Below are positions 37,545-50,166 of a DNA stretch of 64,000 nt, piece by piece. The notes under the pieces are model-generated. The model did no database searches, was not told where the DNA came from, and worked only from the letters and a program-made list of their open reading frames with translations. Numbering within the stretch: position 1 is the first letter of the stretch; each line of letters begins with the position of its first letter. Source of the DNA: Selaginella moellendorffii (taxonomy: Eukaryota; Plantae; Lycopodiophyta); contig NW_003314277.1 in assembly GCF_000143415.4 (NCBI RefSeq), positions 911,818 through 975,817 of the forward strand. Direction: 5' to 3'. The position numbers and the translations under genes are program-made.

Positions 37545-39138
37545 TGAAAAACGGCGAAGTCGACGTCGACGACGACGAAGACGATCAAGAACAGCAGGAG
37601 AAGCAGCAACCAAGAAGTCTGTCAGATCAAAACTTGAGCCAGCAGCAGCAACAGCAGCAGCGACAGCATGACCACCATGCCGAGCAGCAACTAGAACAAC
37701 TCAACAAATCCTCCGACGCCATCGCCGATCAAGCCGACAGCAAAGAAGGCTCCAAAGATGCGGGAAGCTGGAGCACCCACGCCACCTCGGTGCTCCTCGA
37801 CGTCTTCCGCGAGAAGAGGCTTGCGATCAACGGGAGGAACTTCCGGGGAGAGGAATGGGAGGAGCTCGCCAGCAGCGTCAACGAGCGATGCTACGCCATC
37901 ACTCCTCCAAACAGTAGCAACTTGACCACCATCGCCACCGCCAGCAATTCTTCCAAGGAGCTGTGGAAGAACGCCAAGCAGTGCTCCTACAAGATGAGCA
38001 ATCTCAAGCGCAAGTACAAGAGCGAGAAGGAGATGATCCAGTTGACTGGAAGCCTTAGCTCCAGCTCTGGCTGGCAGTGGTTCTCCAAGATGGAGGCCAT
38101 CTTTGGGAGCGATCCAAAGTATGCGACTTTCAGCTCCGGGATCTCTTCGGGATCTGAGCTCGCGCTCCATGCAAGCAAAGGCGACTTGATCGTTGATGCC
38201 GTGGCTGGTGCCACCGACGAGGAGATATTTGGAGCCAACAACAAGGTGGTGGTGATCAACAGCACTGACAAGAGGATCTTGCGGAACAACAGCTTCGATC
38301 CGGGCGTGCTCCTCCCGCCCAGCAAGAGCGCCTCCACGAACAACTTGGATGGATCGTCACCCTCGACGGATCCGCGGCGGGAGACTGCCGCCGAGAGCAG
38401 TCCTCGAGAGTTTTACACCACGACGAGCAAGCATTCGCATTCCAAAAAGAAGCTTTGCGTGATCAACTCGGGACAGATTCCAGCAGCGGGGGTGGGCGGA
38501 TCGCCAGCGGCGGCAGCGGCGGCAGGAGGATCGATGGAGGGATCGTTTCCGGCCAGTTTTTCGGATTCGATCAAGCTCCTGCTCATGCAGCAAAAGGAGG
38601 CGATCAATCTTCTCCGGGAGCTGAGTTATAACAGGCCACCATCTTCACAGCAAAGACATGCAAGTATTCTTTTTTTCCCTTCTGTTTTTTTCTGCTCTTG
38701 GTTTTCACAGGAGCATTCTTTTTCTGGATCTTTGGTCGAACATTTTCTTACGTACAATTTTCTTGCAGGATCCGGAGAGCTCGGAATTTGGAGCTCGTAG
38801 AGATCTTCTAGACTTAAAGTCGAGAATCGATGCGGCCGACATGGAGCTAGTCTACTTGAAACAACTTTGTGAATCCAAGGTAAGCTTCCAAAGCTCGAAT
38901 TCTCGATTCTCTTGATCGCAAAGAAAAAATCACAGGAGAAAGAGCTCAAGGACGCGATGCAAGTTTACGAGGACAAGAACAAGTACCGCAACGAGCTCGT
39001 GAGAAGCTTATGGAGGTAAGAAAATCAGAATCACAGCTTTTTTACATTCTCTTTACGCACAGGGTGTTTACGAGAAAGAGATATCGAAGATGCGGAGGAG
39101 ACAACACGATCTCCCATAGACTCGGAGGGCGTACGTAG
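37545..39138 (+). CDS. Trihelix (Myb/SANT-like DNA-binding) transcription factor with C-terminal coiled coil; 5' exon probably lies across the gap
   Basis: WSTHATSVLLDVFREK..NFRGEEWEELASSVN..KNAKQCSYKMSNLKRKYKSEK..WQWFSKMEAI. Further exons at 38769-38879, ~38936-39015 and ~39063 onward. Confidence 0.88.
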
Positions 39139-39496
39139 GGAGCGTACGGCTGGAATGTGGAACGTCGCCGTCGATTTCCCGTCCGCAGATGGCGTGGATC
39201 GTGCCACGCGGCTGCCTTAAGTTTTTTCCCGCTCAAAATTCTAATTTGTTTATTTCTCTCTCGTGAGCCAGCTCTAGGGTTCTTGGGCGCGCTCGCTGGG
39301 ATGGGATGGCGATTCTGCGCTGGATTGGTGGAGTCGCGAGTGCTGGGATTGAGATCGCTTTGTGAGATGTAAATTCATTCATGAGTTTGCCTGAAAAGAA
39401 TCAAGCCGTGAGAATTCCTGGCATTCTTGTGTGTCATCTAGATCTGCGTGTTTGTACTTTGAGATTTGGTATACCTGACCACTAAATGCCCGTGCA

Positions 39497-40303
39497 GCTC
39501 ACATCACTCGGCCCTCCACCGACAGATCGTGTCTTTCCATTCCTTGCCAAGTTGCCTGGAGAGGGAAAAAATGTTAGAATCTCTTCTCACTAAAAGAAGT
39601 TTGTTCCCCCCGCTCTTTGCTCTCTTTGTCCATCCATTGCTTTACTCTTTTCAAGATCTGGATTCTTCTGTGCAGGGAGCGCTCATGATCTCATGAACGA
39701 GAGTCTTAGCAGAAAAGAAAAGAAAAGTTCTTCTGGCGATCAGAAGAGGAAAAAACAAAGGGCAGTCTTGGCTGGATCTAATCGAGCAGAGGTATGAAGA
39801 GTGTGTCCATGTGCTGCACAGGATTCAATTGTGAAGCATCGGTGCTGCCGCTCAGACTTCCATCTCTGGTAAGTTCCCAGGAATTTTAGCGAGTTTTCAA
39901 TGGTTTTGCTAAACTCGAAGACTTGCAGGACAGTGCGCCAGTTGATATAGTTGATGTGACACCAAAGAATATTGGATCGAAAAGCTCTCCCATGGTTTGT
40001 TTTGTGTTTTATAAGCTGCGGCTGCTGTGGGTTTATGATTTCAGGGATGAACACAAGACAAAAGGACCGCCTCTAATCACCAAGGTCCGTCCGTCGGTGT
40101 GCGTGTGTGTGTGCGTGTTGTGTGTTTCTGTTTTGCTATGTTCTAATCGCACGACTGATTGGTTCGAGGTGGTAGCCCAAGTGGTAAGACGTTGCTTTGG
40201 AAGAATGTCGAGAAATCTTTTACGTTAATTTCTCCTTTTCCAGGACAGACATTCTGATTTACAGTTCTTGCATCTCAATGTTCAGCACACCTCGTTCCTC
40301 ATG
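39497..40303 (+). other. Putative small spliced gene of unknown product
   Basis: Series of short exon-like blocks bounded by polypyrimidine-AG and GT sites (e.g. MNESLSRKEKKSSSGDQKRKKQRAVLAGSNRAE at ~39693-39791). No family recognised. Confidence 0.3.
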
Positions 40304-40949
40304 ATTTTACGGGAGTCCTTTTAGTGCCAAATAACGCATCCACAGCTTACAGGTTTGGGACAATGATGAACTCCTTAAAATCTTTGAACAGTCAGTGCAA
40401 AACCCTCCAGGTTGAAGATGATCCCTTAATTCGGCCACAATCGCAACACATGCATGGTTCCATCAAGTAAAACACGAGTGCAAGGATTTTGTTACTCGAC
40501 AATGCTCTAAGCTCGAGCTGGCTTAAGCATCAACGCTAGGAGATTTCAATTCCATTCAAACAGGCAAGCCATGCAAATGGAAGGGAAGAAAAAGAAACAC
40601 AATAGCAGCAGCAAGGCCTGTAGATGAGGACCATGGCTCCCGGTAAAATAGTTTCAGTTCTTCTATTTTACACGCTTTGGATCACGAACATATATAGTCG
40701 TCTCGTCACAGCCATATAAAAACTAATCTCGCACTAATCTTTCCTTTCTCTCAATAAACATGTCGCTCGCATCGGAAGTACTTGAGAACATTAAACATAT
40801 CGCGAAACTGATCATAGGGAAGGTCGCATTTATGACATGGCGTACAGATTTTCTCTGAATCCTGAAAAGGAAATGAGTAACTAATGAATGAAAGAAAAGA
40901 ATAATCCATACCAAGAAACAGCTGATTTGTATTTCTTGTAAATACTGTT

Positions 40950-43237
40950 TTACTTTATCAGGCCTGCAAAAGGATCGTTTTGTGTTGGTGGATTCGAAGT
41001 CGTAGGAGGAGCCATGCTGGAAAATGTTGCGTTTGTGGAGATGGTTGTCGTGCCGAATGCGAATGGATCGATCGTTGGTGGTGGCGGCGGCGGAGCAAGG
41101 CCGCTTGCTCCCGCGAGGCCAAGACCACTTCCAGATCCCATCGGTTTGAAACCACTGCTAAAAGCTTGCTCTCCTGTCCAATCTCCAAACTCCGAGGATG
41201 GATTGTTCTTGGCTGCGAAACGAAAGTAGAAAGGACACCGGTTATCCATCAGTGTATAATAGTTGACACTTACGAGCTGTGATGTTTAGATCAATAAGGC
41301 CCGATGACAAAGAGTCTGCCCACACCGATGATTTCGTCTGGAAGCCTTGCTTCGTTTGAGCAGCTGGAGGCACGATTGTATCCACGAAGGAAGAAGCTGC
41401 AGCCGGAGGTGGTGTTTGAGAGGAAAGAGTTTCGAAGGCGTTGAAAGAAGCCGCAGCCGGTGCTGGTGCTTGAGAGGAAAGAGTTTCGAACGCGTCGAAA
41501 GAGTTGAGGGACGCAACGCTGTCGTTGGCCGGCGCTGGTTTGTTGAGCTGAGCAAAAGGATCGGTAGCAAAGAGATCTGTTTTGCTCGTAGTGGTCGGCA
41601 CCGTGGAGGCGGACGTAAATGCACCAAAATCGCTGGAAAATGCATCGGAGTCGAAAAGATTTGAGGCAGTGGATTGCTGCAGAAGAATTCAGTATTGCGA
41701 GAAGTCGGAAAACAAGAAACAACTTACATTCACAGTTTTCGGTCCAGAGACCAACTCAGGACTTGCAAAGGGATCCACCTCTGGCGTTGGCGCTGACAAA
41801 AAATCTAGTTGTCCCAGAAAATCAACTTGTGGAGCCACAGGAGCACGCGGGGCTGGAGCTGGAGCTGCAAAAGCATGGGAGTCCCGTTAGTGCAAACCAA
41901 GGAAAGCACGAAAACATTTACGTCATTTACCAGAGGCCCTGGGATCAAAGTCATCGTCATCGTCGGCGCTGGTTGCTTTGTTCATTGATTGGGCAGCACC
42001 TGTGTTCCTGCAATCCGATGGCTTTTAGATAAGTATTATTGGAAGGCCAGGACATATACTTTTTTTGAGAACTTTCGTAGCTCGGAGGGGCTGGGCTTCT
42101 GCAAAGAAAGAAAACATTCGCAACTACACTCAGTACACTAGAGTTACCTTGAATCGTTCTCATCATTGTTAAAATCCTCCCGGTCTGCATGACGCCAGTC
42201 GTCACGGTATCTATCGCTCTCCTTACTATGTTCATCTCCATAGCGATCGTCATCATACGTACTCCCAAATCTGTCACCAGCATTTCGTCCGTGACCATTT
42301 CGGTCGTCATCCCAGTCACTAAAGCCTCTAGATCCAGTGCTAGAGTAAGAACTGGGCTTAAATATGCCGCCGGTGGAAGAATAACCCTGATACCTGCGTT
42401 GTAATCCTCAAGAGATTCACAAAAAGAAAAGAAGAAAGACCAGAAAACTTACTTGTCTCTATTTGCGGAGGCCTTCTGACGAACTTCGCGAACTTTTTCC
42501 TTGTCATTCACTAAAGAAACCAAAGATTGAGCTTTCTTGCGGACATTCACACCCTGATCCTTTCCGTTTGGTTCTACGTATTGGAAGTCCACCAGTCCCT
42601 GTAGTAGGCAAATGACGCAAAGTGAATATCACATCTGAATTCTAGAACTAGAAAACGCACCTGAATCTGGTAGATGTTTTCTCGCAGCTCATCGATGACT
42701 CTGTCAGCTCCATGAGCAACAAGAAAATCGAAAAGTGTCAATCCCTGGCAAGACAAAAGACCATCACTTGGCAAAGACCTTGAGAAAAACTCTCACTTTG
42801 TACACATGACGCCAGTTTCTTCCTGTGTCGGCCAGTCTCTTCCACAGTATCGTCATGATCATTTGATAGTCATTGCTGCAAAAAGAGACATTTAAACATG
42901 AAAACTCCTGGAAAAACAAAGGAGAGCTTACAAGTTTCTGGTTGCTTGAGCGATTTCGGACATAGCAGTTCCATGTGGTCCCCAAGGCTCGTTACTTGTA
43001 GCATCAAGAACCTATGGCAAGGAAAGGAAAAACACCGACTTCTGTTCTAACGAGCCCGAATTAAAAAATACGAGAGCCTGTTACCTTTTGTTCGATCTCT
43101 GGAACCTTCAAAACCTTTTTGTTTACTTCTCTCCTCCTACAAAAAATTTCAATGAATCAAACGAAAAAGGGAAAGAAGAAGTTCCATGTGACGTACAAAT
43201 CTCGAACAGTCTGGTCGAAAACCTTCCTGAGATCCAT
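40950..43237 (-). CDS. ENTH-domain clathrin interactor (epsin-related, EPSIN2/3-like)
   Basis: [14 protein letters not shown]|[17 protein letters not shown]|[15 protein letters not shown]..|..[17 protein letters not shown]|..[29 protein letters not shown]; DPF/DFD motifs; [18 protein letters not shown]. Confidence 0.95.
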
Positions 43238-43845
43238 CGAGAATGCGCCCTTGATCAAGCGAATCCGTCAGAATGCATGGATCGCAACAAACTGCGAATT
43301 TCTAGATCTAGCGTCTACAATGCAGGATCGAGAAACCCTCGCGGCGATGCCGCGATCGGCAAGAACAGACGAGGCGCATCTTACCTCAAAACCCTTGGCG
43401 CAGCCGTGGGATCAAAGCGCCATAGCCACCCAATCCAGCAGCTAGCTCGAGAAGGGCAAGCCCAAGCAGAGCTATCGCCATCGTTAGATTAGAAGGTAAT
43501 ACGTGGCGCATTGCGGGCCGTCCGCTGTCAGTTTTGGCCATACTCCTACGAATGCCAAATGCGGCTTTGGGCCATTGTACGGTATGAGCCCATGTATCCG
43601 TTAAGATTTCGAACCCCGAGAGTTTTGGGTTTACAAGCCCTAGCTCGGGGGAAAGATCTTCGCGGCGCCATTCTTCTCCACTGATCTGCGCGATCGACAT
43701 TCCCGGGTATGAAATCCTCCTCCTGTTCTTGAGGAGCGGGTGAAAAGGATTAGTGTAATGCCGCATTGGAGCTCCTGACACGGGATTGTGATCGGGGGAC
43801 TGGTCGTGATCCAGCAGCTGAGGGATCGCCATAGCCGTCGGAAGA

Positions 43846-46800
43846 ATGGAGAGAATCTCGGTAGCGATCCGTGTGAGACCTCCATCGAAGGAGGAGCTCG
43901 TCAAAGGGAATCATTGGGTTGTTGAGGAACAGGAAAAGAAGCTTTCACTGTGCAACTGCTATGGAGCGCCACTCTCCGGCTACACTTACGCTTTTGGTAA
44001 ATACTTTCTAGTCTTCTAGCTTTTGGATTCTAAGACTTACTTGGGCAGATCAATTGTTTGGATCGAATTCTAAGAACTCTGACGTCTACGACATCCATGC
44101 CAAAGAAGTTGTCATTTCGGCATTGCAAGGATTTAACGGTAGGCCAATTCAAGCATTTATTGAGTCACGCTTCACGCTTTCTTTCTCCAGGAACTGTGTT
44201 TGCGTATGGGCAAACAAGTAGCGGGAAGACTTACACGATGCAAGGTTCTGATAGTCATCCTGGTATCATTCCTTTAGCTATCCGAGATGTTTTTGACAGC
44301 ATATCCCAGGTTTGCTAGCTCGAAACTCGGAACTATCAGTTGCTGACTTCTGTTCATTTAGAATTCTAGCAGGGAGTTCCTAGTTCGCGTTTCTTACATG
44401 GAGATTTATAACGAAGAGATCAACGACCTCTTAGCTCCCGAGAACAGGAAACTACAAATACACGAGAATTTCGAGGTAACATTTGCAAGTGTTTCTCACA
44501 TTCTTACACTTCATTGTACAGAAGGGGTTGTTTGTTGCTGGACTCAGAGAGGAAATTGTTAACAGTCCTGACCAAGTATTTGATTTCTTAAAGCTTGGAG
44601 AAGGTACTCGGAACGCTATAGAGGCGTACTGACATTGTCAATGGTATTGCAGCACATCGTCATTTTGGTGAGACGAACATGAACAGTTACAGTAGTCGAT
44701 CTCATTCTATATTTCGAATGGTATGTATCGTGAATCACTGGAATGGTGGTTAAGTGGTGTCACATTCACACAGGTCATTGAAAGCAGGGACAACAACAGA
44801 AATACGGACTCTGTTCGAGTGTCTACTTTGGTAAGCCTGGAATGTTACGATCTATAAGTTTGCACTATAACTTGTTCTTTTCAGAACCTGGTAGATCTAG
44901 CCGGTTCTGAACGTGTTGCAAAAACAGGAGCTGGAGGAGTTCGACTTAAGGAGGGACAACACATCAACAAGAGTCTCATGACTCTTGGAACTGTTATCAA
45001 TAAGCTCAGCGAGGGTCCAGGAAAAGGGTAACACTTTCCTCCTAGCTTTCATCTTTTTCACATATTTCAATGATAGAGGTCATATACCGTACCGGGACAG
45101 CAAACTGACGCGCATTCTTCAATCCGCTTTAGACGGTAACGCAAAAACGGCTATTATTTGTACCATTACACCGGATGAGGTAACACGTCAACGGCTCAGT
45201 GCCTCAAAGTTTCGTATCATCTGTTTCAGATACACATAGACGAAACAAAGGGAACGCTTCAATTTGCCTCGAGAGCGAAAAAAGTTGCAACATGCGCGCA
45301 CGTCAATGAGGTATGTTTTACTTGGCTCTTTGGCATTGCCTCCTTGATTCCGGAGGCGCAGTTGCAGCTGACCAGCCTTTTCACGATTTTTTTATTTCCT
45401 GTTTTTGTAGATACTCACTGATGCAGCTCTTCTTAAGCGGCAGAAAAAAGAAATTGAAGAGCTTCGTGAAAAGTTGTTGGTATGTTTCGCTCTTAATGTT
45501 CTTAGTTGTGTCCTGAAAACTTATTGCAGGGGCTACGTTCGGATGATTTCGAAAAACAACTTTTAAATCTACGCAACGACTTGCTGAAGGTTTTTTCTAT
45601 GGCATTTTTGAGTAAAGCCGATCGCGTTGTGGTTATAGTCCACAGATATCTGACTTTTGTTTTTGTTTTACAGTACGAATTGGAGAAGGAGAAACTTGCG
45701 CTGGAGCTAGAAGAGGAGAGAGCAGCCCAGCTGGATCGTGAAAGGAGAATAAAAGAGCAAGAACAAAAGATTGAAAATCTGAGCTCTTTAGTCTTAAGTT
45801 CAGCAGCTCGAGATGATTATTCGAATGCTATGAAGATGGTTTGTCCCTGGTTTTTATGTCATTTTCTTCTGAAATCATTTTTTCCGCAGGTTACTCGCCG
45901 AGAGACATGGTCCCCGCAACAAGGGATTTTGGACGCATCAGCTAAGGTTTTGGTTACGATCATGTTTTGTGTGTACTTATTGCTAGTTTCTAGGAATGCT
46001 TTCGGAGCCCTTTAACACGTTTGGACAGCTCTCGAATCTCTACTAGGCGGGATAGAGGCAGAGTAGTCACACCTTTACCTGCATTTGAATCCCTTCTCGA
46101 AAAAAATGCTGATGATCTTTGGGAGGTTCAAAGTACACCATTTCCGTCGCATTCTCGTGACGAACAACAAACAACGACCAAGGAGAAACCAAATGTTGCC
46201 GATGAAGATGCATGGACGCGCCTAAACCAAGAACTCGATGACGACTGGGCAACTTTAAACACAGAAGACCAAGCAGTTCCGTCTACGTCAGAGTACACAC
46301 CTTGTGTAAAATCCGACGAGACCGAGCTTGTAAGTCTTGCTGCTTGTACGTGAAAGTTAAATGCTGGTTGTGCTTGTAGATGGAGTTTCAGGTAAAGGAA
46401 CTACAGCTCCAGCTTGAAGAGCTTCAATCCCGCTTTGATTCAAAGGTAGGAATTCGTCTTCTTTTAAATAAAATGTCACTGTTTTTTTCCAGAGTGAAGA
46501 AGCAGCGGACGCGACTAGAAAGCTAAATGTGCTACTCGATAGCAATAGCGAGATTAACAGAAAGGTGGAATATTTTCGGTCAGAAAACAATCGCCTTCGT
46601 GAATGTAGGACTTTGCAGGTAATTGGTTACCAGACGTTTAACAATTTTTTTGACTTTTGACTTTTGATTTTTGTGATTTTTATTATTTTTTGTGCAGGAG
46701 CAACAGCTTAATGAAATTATAACAAAAAACCAGCATCTCAACCAGACAGTGGCTGACTTACGGAAAGAAAATAGTCGTCTAGAAAGTGAGCTAAAACAGC

Positions 46801-48136
46801 TAAATGCGTGTAATCTTCGTCAGGTAAAATCCATGTATTACCGTGATGGTACTAATAGCATGTGATGCAGAAAGAGGAAATGGACCAGCTGGCGGAAGAA
46901 AATGTACGAATTGGCAGTCGCTTAACTACTACCGTGACCGAAAACACTGTTCTCTTGGAGAACAAGGGACGCTTGGATTCTCTACTTAAATCTGCGAAGC
47001 TTGAGGTACTGGTGTGAATTGTTCATTGGAACGGATTGATTTATGCTTGATTTGCAGGAACATGAAACAGCAAACAAGCTCGATGAGCTGGAGAGAAAAC
47101 ACAGCCAGAACAAACAAGAGCTAGACGCAGCCGTGGAGCAAAAACAACTACTTGAGGAGAAGCTTTTCGCTCAGGTGAATGTATATGATTCACTCTAAAC
47201 TGTGACAGGTCTAACGAGCAAATCCTCTCAGGAAGAGAAATACAAGACACAGCTCCATGAACTGATGAACACGAACACGGAGCTTCAAAGGACAAACGAG
47301 CAACTGAAATCGTCCGCCTCCTTGCGGGTAAAGCTTTCATTCCAAGACGCACGGTTTACTAGCTTTACTTTCTTACAGGAAGAAAACTACAACACTGAGC
47401 TCCAAAAACTCTCAGATAAAAATACCAGCCATCACAAAATCCACAAAGAGTTGGAGCAGTCGATGAAATTGCAGGTAATCAAACTTTAAAAAGTTACAAA
47501 AATGTTTTCCCTCGTTTGACATAACAATTACAGGAAGAGAAACACAAGCAGGAGCTCAAAGATCTCTCCCGCACGAACAGCAAGCTTTTGAAAGCCAACA
47601 ACGAGCTCAAACTCTCCCTGGAGGCCGAGGTACCTAACGAAAACATGTTGGGATAGCGAAAAGCTTATATTTTCCTCACAGGAGCGAAAGGCAAAAAACG
47701 AGCTACAAATCCAAAACGATTGCATGGAACAATCCATCGCACGCAAGGAATCGCAGCTCCGCGAACTAACCGCCAAGCTCTCAGCCCTGGAGGTTTGCCT
47801 CTACGTGCTAGCCAGTCTCTACCTCACAACCATTGTCTTGTTACTCTCCAGTCGAGCAGCAAAGACGAGCACGAGGCCCTGATTGAGAGCCTCCACATGT
47901 CCAACGCTCACATCTCGATGCTGGACGAGGATCTCCGGCAGGCGAGGCAAGAGAGGGACGATCTGGCGGCCAAGGTGGGTGTCCAGGCCCAGCAAAACCA
48001 GGAGCTCCTTGTCTCGATGAAGCTGGAGAGGCTCCGCGTTGCGCAGGAGCTGGGGAGCTATCTGGGCGCCCTGAGCTTCCAGCAGGACAGCCTCTCTACG
48101 ATTTGCTCGGGCATCAGCAGCATTGTCCGCGCCTAG
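43846..48136 (+). CDS. Kinesin-7 (CENP-E-like) motor with coiled-coil tail, many exons
   Basis: [12 protein letters not shown]; [17 protein letters not shown] (P-loop); [15 protein letters not shown]; [14 protein letters not shown]; [10 protein letters not shown]; [17 protein letters not shown]; TRRETW. Confidence 0.95.
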
Positions 48137-48298
48137 AGAGTTCGATCCCTAGGATCTCCTCGTTCTTACCAATTGATCCACTGATCCTATCAAGATTTAA
48201 ACTTTTCCGCGCGAAAGCTTAATTTGATCGCGCGAAAACCTTTTAATTTGAATATTAGGGTTTGTGAAGTCTTCTGTTAGAAGCTTAGGGTTAGGGCG

Positions 48299-48595
48299 AT
48301 GGACGAAGCTGGCGGAGAGCAAGGAGACGAAGATGGCGGAGAGGAAGAGGAGATGAACATGGCAGAGAGGAAGAGGAAGGCAGCGACAAAGAGGGTTATG
48401 AATCAGCTTGTGAAAGCCTGTGAAGCTGTTCATGCCAAGATCTATTCCCGCCAGGATTACAAGTCGGATTTCAAGAAAGGCCCTTACTACTGTGCTTCTG
48501 GAGTGGATTCCATTGTTTTTGAGCACTTGGCAGACCAGGATGATGTGCAAGCGCGAGGCTCATCTGTGGGGATAACACTGGAGTGCATGCAGTGA
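48299..48595 (+). CDS. Short acidic-start ORF of unknown function, possibly a truncated gene at the edge of the large transposon
   Basis: 98-aa ATG ORF with coding-like composition, preceded by telo-box-like TAGGGTT repeats. Confidence 0.35.
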   Translation: MDEAGGEQGDEDGGEEEEMNMAERKRKAATKRVMNQLVKACEAVHAKIYSRQDYKSDFKKGPYYCASGVDSIVFEHLADQDDVQARGSSVGITLECMQ

Positions 48596-50166
48596 TTAAA
48601 GGGTATGTATGCTCTATTTCGTTAAAGTGGGATTTATTCAGTAAAATGGGACTAGGTACAAATTTTCAAGTATTTGAAAATGACGTGAAATTATATGTTT
48701 TTTGTTCAGGGGCTAGACATATCTGGGGCATGGTGACTAGCGCGGTGACTTTATGTCCAGACTGAGTCTATCTAGTTGTATAATAAATCTCATTGTCAAG
48801 GTGAACAAGCCGAATCTGAAGCTAAAGAAGAGCGATGGCATGCGCGCACACACTATTTGTTTGTTCATTGAGCGTGTGGTGAGCTTTCCAAGATGAACGT
48901 CATTCCTATTAGCCAGACATATAACTTAATGGTGAGAACATTTAGATATTATTCAATGTTATCTTTTTCTAACAAATCTAATTGTGAAGGTGTAGCAAGA
49001 GGCATTGCTAGTCTGGAGAAGTCATTTAACTCATTTGACCCTTAGTGTATTTTCATGAAACTAAATAACATTCATATTATTAAGGAATTTCTCTAGTACC
49101 TTTTTTTTACGACATAGAGGCTTGCATTTCTTTCAAAGGTGATTTAGTAAAAGGCCTGAGGGCACATGCCATTCTATTTCTCAGACTGGTATTAAGATAT
49201 ACTAGTGCAAAGGGAAAAAGGTATTTGGTGATCAAGTAAATGGCATGAGGGCACACGCCATTATAAGCCTAAGCGCTAGTGGACACCTCCTTTTTGGTAC
49301 TCTCAGCGGTACTATCATCCTTCTCCGGGTCAGTTGTTTTGCTTTGGATTGTTGTCTCTGACGTTACTGGGGCGTTCTCGATAATTGTTAATGTTGCCGT
49401 TTGTTCAGAAAAATGATCACCTGGAGTATAGTACGGGGAGTTTGGAAGACTTATATATTCTACATCTTCACCTATCTCCTTCTCCGTCTCCTTTTCTGCC
49501 TCACTTACAGATTTTGTGCTTGCCATGAGAACACTCTTCACCCTAAAATATGGAGTTCGTTGTGTTATAAAAGGAAACCAACACACATGCTGCAAGGGAA
49601 TGATGGTATATAAAGCATGTAAGCCCACAATATGGGTTTATGTGCCATTAATATGGGCCACACGCCATATTATTAGATTTATGCACGTGTGATTGGTAAA
49701 TGCATATGTCACATCATCTTTGTTTTACCTCACACACTATATCAGGCCTAATGAACCATATCACATGTGCGCACATGCTATATATATGGAGAAGTATTAT
49801 GCAAGGATAGAAAAATTCAATGCATGATTGTGGAGAGCAATGGCATGAAGCCACATGCTAAATAACATTTTAGAGAAAGAATTAAAATAAAAACATGCAA
49901 ACAATACTGAGTGGACCAAGACTTAGAAGTGCACAATTGAATGAGGTATTTCTAATAAATATTTCACTCACCTCATATAAGAATGGCTACCACTTTCAAA
50001 TGGCGTATCGCCTCATGCCATCACCTCGCAATTTGTTATAACAATCCGATGAATTCATATTCGGCTTGTTCACCTTAAACTTTAAGTAAGATTTGCTAGA
50101 ACAACTAAGAATTTATACTTGTTATTTGTATCATCTCACCTAGGAATGGCGTAAGGCCACATGCCA

